A DNA stretch of 64,000 nucleotides from Thiohalomonadaceae bacterium (GCA_050179875.1 JBFXES010000001.1:2995-66994), one strand, 5' to 3'. Numbered from the stretch's first letter, positions 1-10,665 are shown. Translations and numbers: made by a program. The notes: generated by a model not told the origin, from the letters alone.

Positions 1-675
1 CGCGAGGGGGCGCGTGTGGTGGTTTCGGACTTCAACGCCGAGGGCGGTGAGGAAACCGCGCGCATGGTACGGGAAGCCGGCGGCGAGGCCATGTTCGTTC
101 AGACCAATGTGACCGATCCGGCCTCCTGCGAGACGCTGGTGAACGCTGCGGTGAACACCTACGGCCGCCTGGACGTGGCCTGCAACAATGCGGGCATCGG
201 CGGTGAGCAGGCGCCGTCCGCCGAATACGGCATCGATGCATGGCGTCAGGTCATTGACGTAAACCTGTCGGGGGTCTTCTACTGCATGAAGTACCAGATT
301 GCCGCCATGCTGAAGACCGGCGGTGGTGCCATCGTGAACATGGCGTCCATCCTGGGGCAGGTAGGGTTCGCCAATTCGGTGGCCTACGTGGCAGCGAAGC
401 ACGGCGTGGTGGGCATGACCAAGACCGCAGGCCTCGAATACAGCGCGCGCGGCATTCGGGTGAATGCAGTGGGACCGGCGTTCATACGTACGCCCATGAT
501 CCAGGCGCTGGAGCAGGACCCGCAGAGCTACAAGTTCCTGCTGGACCGGCATCCCATCGGCCGTCTGGGCGAGCCCGGGGAGGTGGCGGAACTGGTGACC
601 TGGCTGAGTTCCGACAAGGCCTCCTTCGTGACCGGCGCCTATTACCCGGTGGACGGCGGTTACCTGGCCCATTGA
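1..675 (+). CDS. short-chain dehydrogenase/reductase (SDR), 5' end cut by window edge
   Basis: Frame open from base 1. SDR motifs: NNAG (CNNAGIGG), S...YxxxK (SVAYVAAKHG), PG motif (VGPAFIRTP). Confidence 0.9.
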   Translation, partial: REGARVVVSDFNAEGGEETARMVREAGGEAMFVQTNVTDPASCETLVNAAVNTYGRLDVACNNAGIGGEQAPSAEYGIDAWRQVIDVNLSGVFYCMKYQIAAMLKTGGGAIVNMASILGQVGFANSVAYVAAKHGVVGMTKTAGLEYSARGIRVNAVGPAFIRTPMIQALEQDPQSYKFLLDRHPIGRLGEPGEVAELVTWLSSDKASFVTGAYYPVDGGYLAH

Positions 676-832
676 GGGAGCGCAGGGGACGTGTCACGAA
701 GGCGTGGCATGTCCCCTCGGCCGTTGCCACGCGTATCCGCCCTATTGCGCACGGGCTCCGGCATGCCTTCCCGGCGGAGCGGCGCGGGAGGGCCGTCTAG
801 ACTGACGGTGCCCACGAACCGGAGTCCGGATC

Positions 833-1387
833 ATGCGAACGCAGTACTATGCCGCAGCGAGCCTGGACGGCTACATCGCCACCGAGGATGACTCCCTCGA
901 CTGGCTGTTTTCGCTCGGGGATGTGGATGAAACGAGCTATCCACAGTTCATCCGGGACGTGGGCGCCCTGGTCATGGGCTCGGCCACTTATGAATGGATG
1001 CTGCGCCATGTGATCAGGCCCGACTCCGCACCTCCGGGCCAGTGGCCGTACACGCAGCCCACCTGGGTCTTCTCCAGCCGCGACCTGCCGGGCATACCCG
1101 GAGCGGACATCCGCTTTGCCAGAGGCGACGTGCGTCCCGTGTACGAACAGACGCGCGCCGTTGCCAACGGCAAGAACCTCTGGGTCGTGGGCGGGGGCGG
1201 ACTCGCGGGCCAGTTCTATGATGCGGGCCTTCTGAACGACATCATCGTCCAGGTCAGCTCGGTCGTTCTGTGCTCCGGCAAACCGCTGATGCCCCGACGG
1301 ATCACGTCACCTTCGCTCAGGCTCGTGTCGGTTCAACAGTTCGGCGAAGGTTTCGCGGAGCTGCGTTACGAGGTCCGCTATCCGTAG
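833..1387 (+). CDS. dihydrofolate reductase family protein (RibD C-terminal domain-like)
   Basis: 184 aa. The N-terminus MRTQYYAAASLDGYIATEDDSLDWLF and the later LWVVGGGGLAGQF are typical of the RibD_C/DHFR-like family. Confidence 0.8.
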   Translation: MRTQYYAAASLDGYIATEDDSLDWLFSLGDVDETSYPQFIRDVGALVMGSATYEWMLRHVIRPDSAPPGQWPYTQPTWVFSSRDLPGIPGADIRFARGDVRPVYEQTRAVANGKNLWVVGGGGLAGQFYDAGLLNDIIVQVSSVVLCSGKPLMPRRITSPSLRLVSVQQFGEGFAELRYEVRYP

Positions 1388-1490
1388 GCCTTGAAGCTCA
1401 ACCGCGGACGCCACTGAGAAGAACAGGGCGTCCTCTGTTCTCTGGGGTTCCGTGTTTCAGTGTTGGGTCGCCGAGGGTTACGTCGGGCGG

Positions 1491-1532
1491 ACAAAGAAAA
1501 GGGCCGGTACCTCGGCGAGGATACCGGCCCTT
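1491..1532 (-). terminator. rho-independent terminator downstream of the coiled-coil gene
   Basis: 11-bp perfect stem AAGGGCCGGTA/TACCGGCCCTT (1499-1509 / 1522-1532), followed on the minus strand by TTTTCTTTGT. Confidence 0.6.
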
Positions 1533-1549
1533 GCGATGCAGGATGGCCC

Positions 1550-2320
1550 TCAGCGCTTTGCCTTGGCTGCGGGTTTCTTCTCCTCCGGCGCGGCGCTCTT
1601 TTCGATGCTTTCGAGCAGTGCCGTATCCAGCGCGGGCAGTGCCGCCAGGCTGGAGGCGTCCGCCACCAGCGGCTTGAGCTGGGCGTGGAGGGATTCGCTC
1701 AGGGTGTGCAGCTCGCGGTAGCGTTCGGCAAGTTGCACGGCGGCTTCCTGGGCGGCCTGCAACTTGTTCACGCGCTCCTCGAGGGTCTTCTTGTCCTTGC
1801 GCAAGGCAGCGGCCTGGTCTTCCGCCAGCTTGCGTGCATCGGCCTCGTCCTTCTTCTGCTTCTGCAGGGTCTTGAGCTTCTTCACCACGTTCTGCGGGGT
1901 GTCGGACAGAACGGCGTGAATGCCCTTGATCTCCTTGTCCTTCTCCGCCAGGCGTGCTTTCAGATCATTGACAGTCTTGGCGTTGCTGTCGCGGATGTCC
2001 GTGATCTGCTGTTCCAGCTTCTGCTGCTGGGCCACGGCCTCGGCATGGGCGGCCTGGGAGGCCGTCAGGGCCTTCTGGGTCTCCGCCAGTTTCTTCTCTG
2101 CTGCGGCAACGGCTTCCTTGGCCTGTTCCTGGGCCTTGCTGACGGCCGCGTCGGCCTTGGCGGCGCGCTCGACCGCCGCCTTCAAAGCGGCTTCCAGTTC
2201 CTGCGGGGTGCAGTTGGGGTCGAGCTTCAGGGCGTCGGTTGCCGCCCGCATCAGGATCTGCTTGCTGATCGCAAGTTCTTTCCAGACTTTGAGCTGAAGT
2301 TCCAGGTCTGTATCTGTCAC
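1550..2320 (-). CDS. coiled-coil protein of unknown function (Ala/Lys/Glu/Gln-rich)
   Basis: GTG start at 2320 preceded by GGAGAA. Upstream of that the frame reads as Arg-rich nonsense. 256 aa of heptad-like AKE/Q-rich sequence ending KKPAAKAKR. Confidence 0.7.
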   Translation of the reverse strand: MTDTDLELQLKVWKELAISKQILMRAATDALKLDPNCTPQELEAALKAAVERAAKADAAVSKAQEQAKEAVAAAEKKLAETQKALTASQAAHAEAVAQQQKLEQQITDIRDSNAKTVNDLKARLAEKDKEIKGIHAVLSDTPQNVVKKLKTLQKQKKDEADARKLAEDQAAALRKDKKTLEERVNKLQAAQEAAVQLAERYRELHTLSESLHAQLKPLVADASSLAALPALDTALLESIEKSAAPEEKKPAAKAKR

Positions 2321-2849
2321 GTGTTCTCCGGGATGTTTCAGTGTGCCCGTCGGATGACGCTGGGCGGGGTGCTGCAAGGGGGAGCGCTGGGCCCCTCCGA
2401 TGAGGCGCGGGAGCATACGGCAAGACTCGGTTTCACGCCAGTCCTGAAGCGCTGTTAACCCGCAGTAAGGAGTCACTTGGCCGGCAACCCGCCCGATTGC
2501 GGCCTCGAAACCGCCCGCGCGTGCGACAGGCGGGCGGTTCCCCGGGGTGAAAACGGCGTCTGACCCGTTCAGGCGGGGGCCTGTCCGAGCCCTGGAAGCG
2601 CCCTTCCCCGGCGCGGGCAGCGCCGTCAGGGTCCGGAGCACCGGGCCTGCGAGGAGCGCAATTGGAGGCAGCCCACGGTTTTCGCGCCCGCGCCGGGCTA
2701 TGCTCCGCCCCTCGCCGGAAAAGTCGGCGGCCGCACGACTGTCCGCGCGCCAAGGGCGTGACCGTGTCCGGAGGCGGCGGTTTTTCCGGCTGCGGTTCCG
2801 TGCCGACTGTGAAAAAATACCCCCACTAACAAACAGCACAGCGATAGCC

Positions 2850-4163
2850 ATGCCTGAAATGAAGTCCCTTCGTGATTTGCCGACCCGGAACATCTTTCGT
2901 CCGGGCGATGTGTTTGTCCTTTTTGGTGAACTGTTCGGCCGCGGTTATGCCAACGGCCTCGTGGACGAGGCGCGCCGGGCCGGGATGACCATCGTCGGCA
3001 TCACCGTCGGGCGCCGCGACGCGGACAATCGCCTGCGGCCGCTGAACGAGGAGGAACTGCAGGCCGCCGAGGCCAATCTGGGCGGAAAGATCATCAACGT
3101 CCCGCTCATGGCCGGCTTTGATCTGGACGCCCCCGAGGGTACGCCCACGCCGACCGACCTGCTCGCCGAGCTGAAACTGGACAACTGGCGCGAGGCCAAG
3201 CTGGACTGGGCACACATCGAGCGCTGCCGTGCCGTGGGCGTGGAGCGTTTCAGGAACTCCGTGGCCAAGGTGATGCAGACCCTCGACGGCATGATCCCCG
3301 CCGGGGCGAACGTATTCTTCGCCCACACCATGGCGGGCGGCATTCCCAAGACCAAGGTGTTCCTGGCCATCGCCAATCGCGTCTACAAGGGCCGCGGCGA
3401 GCGCTTCCTGTCCTCGCGCGCGCTGCTGGACAGCGATCTGGGCAAGATGATCCTGATGAATTTCGACGAGGTCACGGCCAACACCTTCCAGTACCTCATC
3501 GAGGGCAGCCGCGCCATCCGCGAGCGCGTGACCGCGGGCGGCGGCGAGGTGCGCTACACCGCCTATGGCTATCACGGTACCGAGATCCTCATTCAGGACC
3601 GCTACCAGTGGCAGACCTACACCAACTACACCCAGGGCTACGCCAAGATGCGCCTGGAGGAGCGCGCCCGCGCGGCCTGGGCGCAGGGCGTGAAGGCCAC
3701 GGTGTTCAACTGCCCGGAGATCCGCACCAACTCCAGCGACATCTTCGTGGGCGTGGAGCTGTCTTTGTTCCCGCTGCTGAAGGCGCTGAAGCGTGAAGGC
3801 GGCGGCGCCTGGGCCGAGGCGCAGTGGGCTGCGTGCCAGGACCTGCTGCAGGAAGGCGTTTCGCTGCAATCCATCCTCGACATGATCGAGCGCTACAACA
3901 CCGATTCCACCATCGCCGCCTTCCGCAACTTCGAGGCCTGGCCCATGGACAACACGGCGGAACTGGCCGACGTCATGGTGGGCACCTCCGAGGAGATCAC
4001 GGGCCTGCACAAGGATCGCAAGGCCCTCATCAGCGACCACCTGAGTGCGCTGGTGCTGGAAGGCACGGGACCGCTCATGTTCCACGAGGCCTCCGAGCCC
4101 GGCGGCCCGGTGCTCTGGCTCAACCACGACATCATCGCCAAGCAGCTCAACAAGCTGCACTGA
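2850..4163 (+). CDS. conserved hypothetical protein, distant FabV/TER (trans-2-enoyl reductase)-like
   Basis: 437 aa from ATG 2850. Protein-like composition begins only at MPEMKSLRDL. Three blocks align by eye with remembered FabV/TER sequences: VFVLFGELFGRGYANGL, TAYGYHGTE...YTNYTQGYAK (Y-x8-K), and NSSDIFVGVELSLFPLLKALKREG. The function call is tentative. Confidence 0.55.
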   Translation: MPEMKSLRDLPTRNIFRPGDVFVLFGELFGRGYANGLVDEARRAGMTIVGITVGRRDADNRLRPLNEEELQAAEANLGGKIINVPLMAGFDLDAPEGTPTPTDLLAELKLDNWREAKLDWAHIERCRAVGVERFRNSVAKVMQTLDGMIPAGANVFFAHTMAGGIPKTKVFLAIANRVYKGRGERFLSSRALLDSDLGKMILMNFDEVTANTFQYLIEGSRAIRERVTAGGGEVRYTAYGYHGTEILIQDRYQWQTYTNYTQGYAKMRLEERARAAWAQGVKATVFNCPEIRTNSSDIFVGVELSLFPLLKALKREGGGAWAEAQWAACQDLLQEGVSLQSILDMIERYNTDSTIAAFRNFEAWPMDNTAELADVMVGTSEEITGLHKDRKALISDHLSALVLEGTGPLMFHEASEPGGPVLWLNHDIIAKQLNKLH

Positions 4164-4210
4164 ACGAAGGCGCGGGCATAGCCCGTGCTTCCCTCGCGCA
4201 GGCGATAACC

Positions 4211-4276
4211 ATCGCGGCCTGAGGCCGCTCCTACAGCTGGAATCACCAACTTGTGGGAGCGGCCTCAGGCCGCGAT
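4211..4276. repeat. head-to-head REP doublet (family B: TGT[A/G]GGAGCGGCCTCAGGCCGCGAT)
   Basis: 4211-4235 is the reverse complement of 4252-4276 with 1 mismatch. Each copy contains the palindrome GCGGCC-TCA-GGCCGC and a GT[A/G]G head. Confidence 0.85.
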
Positions 4277-5134
4277 TTCATTTCCACCCGTAGCGATTGC
4301 CACGCCCAAGGCCCGCGCAATGGCCCGCACGAACGGGCGCTGGTCCGGTGGTACGCGGGCATGCCATTGCAGCAGCATCACGGGCAAGGATGATGCGGGT
4401 GTTCCCTGGTTCAGGTGGATGATGGCCGCGAGCCCCTGTGGGTGATGCATGATGACCCCGTAGAGCCTCAGGCTGACGATACCCGTCAGTGCGCGATCGT
4501 AGGGGTTCTTACGCAGCCGGGGTTCGTGGGCGGCGAGCCAGGGGACGAAGGCCTGCTCCCCCGGATGCACGGCCTCGTGCTGCGCCATGACCTGCCGCAC
4601 GTAGTCATTCAGCGCGCCATGGTAGGTGAACCAGCTCTGGAAGGGCGGCGCGTAGGCCCAACGCTCCGCCATGCGGGTGAGCGTGTACAGCGAAACGGCC
4701 TCGCACAGGGCCTCGTCGAACCAGCGCGTCTCGCCGGCCCTTTCGCGGGCGTCGAAATTCGTCAGCACGTGGCACAGCTCATGGGAAAACTGGTACGCCG
4801 CCTGCGCCCAGTAGCGCCCATGCACGTTGAGTTGCACGCGGTATTCGCCGCGCGCGTTTCGCTTCTTCAACACCTTGGGCCCGGTGTCAGCGTTGGTGAC
4901 GTGAATGGCAAGGGGCCGGTGGCGCGGAATGGGTTCGAGCAGGACCTCCGCGGCCGAGTTCACCACCGCATGCACCTCGGCGGCCAGGGCCTCTTCCCAG
5001 CCCTCCTCCGCGACCCGGATGTGCAGCGTCCCCTCACCGGACAATGACGCTGCCCGCGACGCGCAGCCGGTCATGGCCAGCGCCAGGAGCAGAAGCCGGA
5101 GGATTCCGGGCGTGTGTGAAACCGGAGTGCGCAT
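4265..5134 (-). CDS. lipoprotein with HExxH metalloprotease-like motif
   Basis: Start at MRTPVSH. Signal peptide plus lipobox LAMTGC. HELCH motif in YQFSHELCHVL. The last 4 codons and the stop lie inside the REP copy at 4252-4276. Confidence 0.7.
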   Translation of the reverse strand: MRTPVSHTPGILRLLLLALAMTGCASRAASLSGEGTLHIRVAEEGWEEALAAEVHAVVNSAAEVLLEPIPRHRPLAIHVTNADTGPKVLKKRNARGEYRVQLNVHGRYWAQAAYQFSHELCHVLTNFDARERAGETRWFDEALCEAVSLYTLTRMAERWAYAPPFQSWFTYHGALNDYVRQVMAQHEAVHPGEQAFVPWLAAHEPRLRKNPYDRALTGIVSLRLYGVIMHHPQGLAAIIHLNQGTPASSLPVMLLQWHARVPPDQRPFVRAIARALGVAIATGGNEIAA

Positions 5135-5441
5135 GACGCTCAGTGTCGTGCGTGACGTCCGCGTTGGCAACCGGGAGCATCCGGCGGGTTGCTACCCGCG
5201 CGCGTGTTCGACAGGTGACACTTCCCGCCTGCCGATCTCCTTGCGGCCGGTGGTGCATATCGGACCAGGGGATCGCCTGTCGCCCTCGACAAGGTCGTCG
5301 AAGTCGCCTACGCCACGGCGGGGAAATTCTGAGACCGCAACGGCTGACGGCAGGCGACAGCGCCTCCGTCAGCCGTTTTCAGTCATTGCCGTTTCATCGA
5401 GGCGGCGTCACAGGCGTGCCGCTGACGCCTGTCGGAACGAA

Positions 5442-5780
5442 TCACTTCGCCTGTTCGATGGCCACCACCACGTAGTCCACCGGCGAGCGCTTCTCGATGC
5501 GCAGGGTCACGTGTGCGCCGGGCGCGATGCCTTCGGCCAGCGCCGGCTCGGCCAACGGCAGGTCCATGGTCATGGCAGGCCAGTTGAAGGCGGCGATGGG
5601 TTCGTGCGCCACGTTGATGGTGCGGGCGGCGGCATCGACGCCGTTGACCACGGCCTTGACGCTGGCGACGGACGGCATGTGCATGCCCGTGTCGTGGGCG
5701 TCGTGTCCATGCCCGTGCACGTGATCGGCGGCGAAGGCGGGGGCGGCCAGGAACATGAGGGTCAGGAACAGTTTCTTCAC
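5442..5780 (-). CDS. cusF: periplasmic copper chaperone CusF
   Basis: GTG start after GGAGAA. Signal peptide, His-rich stretch DHVHGHGHDAHD, and CusF metal-site pattern H-x7-W-x2-M-x-M (VAHEPIAAFNWPAMTMD). Confidence 0.85.
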   Translation of the reverse strand: MKKLFLTLMFLAAPAFAADHVHGHGHDAHDTGMHMPSVASVKAVVNGVDAAARTINVAHEPIAAFNWPAMTMDLPLAEPALAEGIAPGAHVTLRIEKRSPVDYVVVAIEQAK

Positions 5781-5812
5781 AGGTTTCTCCTTCTGGTGGT
5801 CGTTGGAAAAAA

Positions 5813-8800
5813 TCACGGCGCGAGTCCGCGTCGCTTCCACAGCAGGAAGGCCGCGGGGATCACGATGAGGGTCAGCACGGTGGCGCTCACCATGCCGCCC
5901 ACCATGGGTGCGGCGATGCGTTGCATCACCTCGGAACCGGTGCCGCTGCCCCACATGATGGGCAGCAGGCCGGCGATGATGGCGGAGACGGTCATCATCT
6001 TCGGGCGCACGCGCAGCAGTGCGCCTTCGATCACCGCCTCGCGCAGTTCCGCGCGGCTGACGGCGCGGTCGGCGGCGGCCGCCTGCTCACGCCGCCGTGC
6101 GAGGGCGTGGTCCAGATAGATGAGCATCACCACGCCGGTCTCGGCGGCCACGCCCGCCAGCGCGATGAAACCGACGCCCGCCGCCACCGACAGGTTGTAG
6201 CCCAGCAGCCACATGAGCCACAGCCCGCCGATGAGCGCCATGGGCAGCGTGGCCATGATGAGCAGGGCCTCGCCGAAACGGCCGAAGGCGAAGTAGAGCA
6301 GGATGAGGATGATGGCGAGGGTGACGGGCACCACCACCTGCAGGCGCGCGTTGGCACGCTCCATGAACTCGTACTGGCCCGACCAGGTGAGCGAGTAGCC
6401 CGGCGGCAGTTCCACCTGTTGCTCCACCAGCTGCTTCGCCTCGGCCACGTAGGAGCCCAGATCGCGATCGCGGATGTCCACGTAGGTCCAGCCGTTGAGG
6501 CGGGCGTTCTCGCTCTTGAGCATGGGCGGGCCGTCGATGATGGCCACGCGCGCCACCTGCTCCAGCGGCACATGCGCGCCCGCCGGCGTGACGATGGGCA
6601 GCATGCGCAGGCGCTCGGCGGAATCGCGCACCGCCTGCGGATAGCGCAGGTTCACCGGATAGCGCTCCAGGCCTTCGACGGATTCGGTGACGTCCATGCC
6701 GCCGATGGCGGCGCGCACCACGTCCTGCACGTCGGCCACGTTGAGCCCCAGCCGCGAGGCCGCCACGCGATCCACCTCGATGTCCACGTAGCGGCCGCCG
6801 GTCACGCGCTCGGAATACACCGACACGGTGCCCGGCACGTCGCGCAGCACCTGCTCCAGCCTTTCACCGATGGACTGGATGATGGCGAGATCCGGTCCCG
6901 CCACCTTCACGCCCACGGGCGTCTTCACGCCGGTGGCGAGCATGTCGATGCGGTTCTTGATGGGCATCACCCAGGTGTTGGTCACCCCGGGCAGGCGCAC
7001 CACCGCATCCAGCTCGGCCTTGAGCTTGTCCGTGGTCATGCCGGGACGCCACTCATCGCGCGGCTTGAGCCGGATGGTGGTCTCCACCATGGTGAGCGGC
7101 GCCGGATCGGTGGCCGTTTCGGCGCGGCCGATCTTGCCGAACACCTGTGCCACCTCGGGCACGGTGCGGATGAGGCGATCGGTCTGTTGCAACAGCTCAG
7201 CGGCCTTGCCCGGCGACAGCGCCGGAAAGGTGGTGGGCATGTAGAGCAGATCGCCCTCGTCCAGCTCCGGCATGAACTCGGAACCCAGCTTGTGCAGCGG
7301 CCATAGGCCGCTGAGCGTGACCAGTGCGGCGGCGAGGAGCAGCGTGCCGGGACGTTTCAGTACCGCCGACACCACGGGACGGTAAGCGGCGATGAGGGCG
7401 CGATTGACGGGATTCCTTTCCTCCGCAACCACCCCGCCGCGCACGAACCAGCCCATGAGCACCGGCACCAGCGTCACCGACAGTCCGGCCGCCGCCGCCA
7501 TGGCGTAGGTCTTGGTGTAGGCCAGCGGCGCGAACATGCGGCCTTCCTGCGCCTGCAAGGCGAACACCGGCAGGAAGCTGAAGGTGATGATGAGCAGCGA
7601 GAAGAACAGGGGCGGGCCCACCTCGGCGGAGGCGTTGCGCACCAGCTCCCACTGCGGCATGTGTGGATGCCGCTCGCGATGCTTGTGCACGTTTTCGATC
7701 ATCACGATGGCCGCATCGACCATGGCGCCAATGGCAATGGCGATGCCGCCCAGGGACATGATGTTGGCATTGATGCCCTGGGCCTCCATGACGATGAAGG
7801 CGGCCAGAATGCCGAGCGGCAGCGAGATCACCACCACCAGCGATGAGCGCGCGTGGAACAGGAACACGGCGCACACCAGCGCCACCACCACGAACTCCTC
7901 CACCAGCTTGCCTTCGAGATTGTCCACGGCCCGCTCGATGATCGCGGAGCGATCGTAGGTCTCCACCACCTCCACGCCCTCGGGCAGTCCGCGCTTGAGC
8001 TCGGCCATGCGCGCCTTCACCGCGGCGATGGTGCTGAGCGCGTTCTCGCCCCAGCGCATCACCACGATGCCGCCCACCACCTCGCCTTCGCCGTCCAGTT
8101 CGGCGATGCCGCGGCGCATCTGCGGGCCGAGGCGCACCTCGGCGATATCGCCCAGCAGCACGGGCGTGCCGTCGGCCGACACCCGCAGGGGCACGCGCTT
8201 CAGGTCCTCCTGCGACTGCACATAGCCGCGCGCACGCACCATGTACTCGGCCTCGGCCATCTCCACGATGGAACCGCCCGTCTCCTGGTTCGCGGCGCGG
8301 ATGGCGTCGCGCACGTGCGACAGCGGCAGACCGTAGGCGCGCAGCCGATCGGGATCGATCACCACCTGGTACTGGCGCACCATGCCGCCCACGGTGGCCA
8401 CTTCCGACACGCCGGGCACGGTCTGCAACTCGTACTTGAGGAACCAGTCCTGCAGGCTGCGCAGTTGCGCGAGGTCGTGGCGACCGCTGCGATCCACCAG
8501 GGCGTATTCGTACACCCAGCCCACGCCGGTGGCGTCGGGGCCGAGGGCGGAGCGCGCCGCCTCGGGCAGGCGCGGCGCGATCTGGGACAGGTACTCCAGC
8601 ACCCGCGAGCGCGCCCAGTACAGGTCGGTGCCGTCGGCGAAGATCACGTACACATAGGAATCGCCGAACATGGAGTAGCCGCGCACCGTCTGCGCGCCGG
8701 GCACCGACAGCATGGCCGTGGCGAGCGGATAGGTGACCTGCTGCTCCACCACCTGGGGCGCCTGGCCCGGATAGCTGGTCTTGATGATCACCTGCACGTC

Positions 8801-8929
8801 GGAGAGATCGGGCAGGGCGTCCAGGGGCGTGGTGCGCAGCGCATGGATGCCCCAGCCGGCGAGCAGCACGGCCAGCATGAGCACCAGTACGCGGTTGCGG
8901 ATGGACCAGTCGATGAGGCGCGCGATCAC
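5813..8929 (-). CDS. cusA: heavy-metal efflux RND transporter, CusA/CzcA family
   Basis: 1038 aa with typical HME-RND sequence throughout. 4-nt overlap with the upstream cusB stop. Confidence 0.95.
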   Translation of the reverse strand: MIARLIDWSIRNRVLVLMLAVLLAGWGIHALRTTPLDALPDLSDVQVIIKTSYPGQAPQVVEQQVTYPLATAMLSVPGAQTVRGYSMFGDSYVYVIFADGTDLYWARSRVLEYLSQIAPRLPEAARSALGPDATGVGWVYEYALVDRSGRHDLAQLRSLQDWFLKYELQTVPGVSEVATVGGMVRQYQVVIDPDRLRAYGLPLSHVRDAIRAANQETGGSIVEMAEAEYMVRARGYVQSQEDLKRVPLRVSADGTPVLLGDIAEVRLGPQMRRGIAELDGEGEVVGGIVVMRWGENALSTIAAVKARMAELKRGLPEGVEVVETYDRSAIIERAVDNLEGKLVEEFVVVALVCAVFLFHARSSLVVVISLPLGILAAFIVMEAQGINANIMSLGGIAIAIGAMVDAAIVMIENVHKHRERHPHMPQWELVRNASAEVGPPLFFSLLIITFSFLPVFALQAQEGRMFAPLAYTKTYAMAAAAGLSVTLVPVLMGWFVRGGVVAEERNPVNRALIAAYRPVVSAVLKRPGTLLLAAALVTLSGLWPLHKLGSEFMPELDEGDLLYMPTTFPALSPGKAAELLQQTDRLIRTVPEVAQVFGKIGRAETATDPAPLTMVETTIRLKPRDEWRPGMTTDKLKAELDAVVRLPGVTNTWVMPIKNRIDMLATGVKTPVGVKVAGPDLAIIQSIGERLEQVLRDVPGTVSVYSERVTGGRYVDIEVDRVAASRLGLNVADVQDVVRAAIGGMDVTESVEGLERYPVNLRYPQAVRDSAERLRMLPIVTPAGAHVPLEQVARVAIIDGPPMLKSENARLNGWTYVDIRDRDLGSYVAEAKQLVEQQVELPPGYSLTWSGQYEFMERANARLQVVVPVTLAIILILLYFAFGRFGEALLIMATLPMALIGGLWLMWLLGYNLSVAAGVGFIALAGVAAETGVVMLIYLDHALARRREQAAAADRAVSRAELREAVIEGALLRVRPKMMTVSAIIAGLLPIMWGSGTGSEVMQRIAAPMVGGMVSATVLTLIVIPAAFLLWKRRGLAP

Positions 8930-10665
8930 GGCCGTGGCCCTCCGCCGGCAGCGCGGATCGCGGCCAGCTCATAGGTGACGGCGTCGAGCTGACGCAGCTC
9001 GAACTCCACCGTGGTCCCCGGCGCGATGCCGTCCAGGCGCACGCCCGCGGCCGCGGTGAAATCCATGGTCATGGGCGGCCAGCCCAGATCGGGCATGGGC
9101 TCGTGGGTGATGGTGATGCGCCCGGCGGCGGCGTCGACGCCGTTCACCACGCCGCGACCGGCAAACCGTTTTGCCGTGTCCGCGGGCGCCCCCGTTGATG
9201 CGGGGGCGTTCTCCTGTGCTTCCGCTTTCGAAATGTTCGCGATGCGATAGCGGTACTGATCGAGCTGGTGCAGCTCGAAGCGCACGCGCGTACCCGGTGC
9301 GAAAGCCGACAGGTCCACATCCGCGGCCACGTCGAAGTCCATGGTCATGGCGGGCCAGCCCAGCTCGGCGATGGGGTCGTGGGTCATGCTGAGCTTGTGT
9401 TCACCGATGAGCTCTTCGATGGTGCCGTGGGCAGTCACCACCTTGAGCGGTTCCGCTTCCATGGCGGTCATGCGTTGCAGCGTGGCCTTGAGGTTGCTCT
9501 CGGAATCGATGAGGAACTGCGCCGAGGTGACCACGCGATCGCCTTCGGCAAGGCCTTCCTCGATGGTTACGCGCTCGCCGGCCTCGAAACCGCTGCGCAC
9601 CGCCACCGGCTGGAAGCGGCCGTCGCCGCGCGCGAGCACCACGCGCTCGCCGCTGCCGGTGCGGATCAAGGCCTCGCGCGGGATGTGCAGGGCCTCGCGC
9701 GGTTCGGCGTGCACGGTGGCGCGGGCGTACATGTTGGGCTTGAGCGCGCCGTCCGGGTTGTCGAAGCGCAGGCGCAGGCGCAGGGTGCGGGTGGCGGGGT
9801 CGAGCGTCGGATAGATGTACTCCACGACGCCTGTCCACTCGCGCCCGGGCAGTGCAGGCACGGTGATGGTGGCGCGCTGACCCGGTGCGACCCAGGCCGC
9901 CTGGCGTTCGAACACGTCCGCCAGCACCCACACGCTGCCCAGGTCGGCGAGGACGACCGCGTCCGTGGCCGGCTGCACGAACACGCCTTCGCGCACGTTC
10001 AGTTCGGTGACCACGCCCGTCTGCGCGGCGTAAACCGGCACCTTCAGCAGGGTGCGGCCCGCGCGTTCGACCTCGCGGATGACGCTGTCCGCCACGCCCA
10101 GCGCCGCGAGTTTCTTGCGCGAACTCTCCACCAGCACGCGACGTCCGCCGCTGGCTCGCGCCTGCAACAGCTCGTCCTGGGCGATCACCAGTTCGGGCGA
10201 ATAGATGCGAAACAGCAGATCGCCCGCATCGACGCGATCGCCCACGGCGCGCACGGCAAGGTCTTCGATCCAGCCCTGCACGCGCACGTGCACGTGGGAG
10301 AGGCGGTTCTCGTCCCAGGCCACGTAGCCGACGGTGTCGATGGGCCGCGCGAGCTCGCCGCGCACCGCCGCGGCGGTGCGCACGCCGAGGGCGTTGGCGA
10401 TCTCCGGCGCCACGGTCACGCGCGGCAGGCCGTCGCCCCGGGCCTCCTCGTCCTCGCCCTCGTACACCGGGATGTAGTCCATGCCCATCTCGTCCTTGGC
10501 CGGCGTGGGCGAGGTGATGGCCGGGTTCATGGGGTTGCGGTAGAACAGCACCTTGCGCTCGCCGCTCGCGACGGCCTGGTCGTGATCGGGCGCGAGGGCG
10601 CGCCCCGCGAGCAGGCCGCCGGCGAACAAGGCGACGGCGAGGATGGCAACGAGGGTCCGGTTCAT
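8926..10665 (-). CDS. cusB: efflux RND periplasmic adaptor (CusB-like) with two C-terminal CusF-like domains
   Basis: 579 aa. N-terminal anchor, YRNPMNP...[12 protein letters not shown] metal-binding region, and MFP core. Two repeats of the CusF pattern follow: [18 protein letters not shown] and [18 protein letters not shown]. Confidence 0.9.
   Translation of the reverse strand: MNRTLVAILAVALFAGGLLAGRALAPDHDQAVASGERKVLFYRNPMNPAITSPTPAKDEMGMDYIPVYEGEDEEARGDGLPRVTVAPEIANALGVRTAAAVRGELARPIDTVGYVAWDENRLSHVHVRVQGWIEDLAVRAVGDRVDAGDLLFRIYSPELVIAQDELLQARASGGRRVLVESSRKKLAALGVADSVIREVERAGRTLLKVPVYAAQTGVVTELNVREGVFVQPATDAVVLADLGSVWVLADVFERQAAWVAPGQRATITVPALPGREWTGVVEYIYPTLDPATRTLRLRLRFDNPDGALKPNMYARATVHAEPREALHIPREALIRTGSGERVVLARGDGRFQPVAVRSGFEAGERVTIEEGLAEGDRVVTSAQFLIDSESNLKATLQRMTAMEAEPLKVVTAHGTIEELIGEHKLSMTHDPIAELGWPAMTMDFDVAADVDLSAFAPGTRVRFELHQLDQYRYRIANISKAEAQENAPASTGAPADTAKRFAGRGVVNGVDAAAGRITITHEPMPDLGWPPMTMDFTAAAGVRLDGIAPGTTVEFELRQLDAVTYELAAIRAAGGGPRP

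Noticed and set aside
2321-2849. RNase P RNA, SRP/4.5S RNA, tmRNA or a cobalamin riboswitch in the long intergenic region.
   Set aside because: I compared both strands with remembered conserved cores and found no convincing match. The cores were GGAAAGUCCGGGC for RNase P, GUCCGGAAGGAAGCAGC for SRP, the tmRNA 5' end and tag region, and the B12 box GCCACUG. Only a short chance resemblance (GGTGCTCCGG, CAGGGTCCGGAG) was seen.
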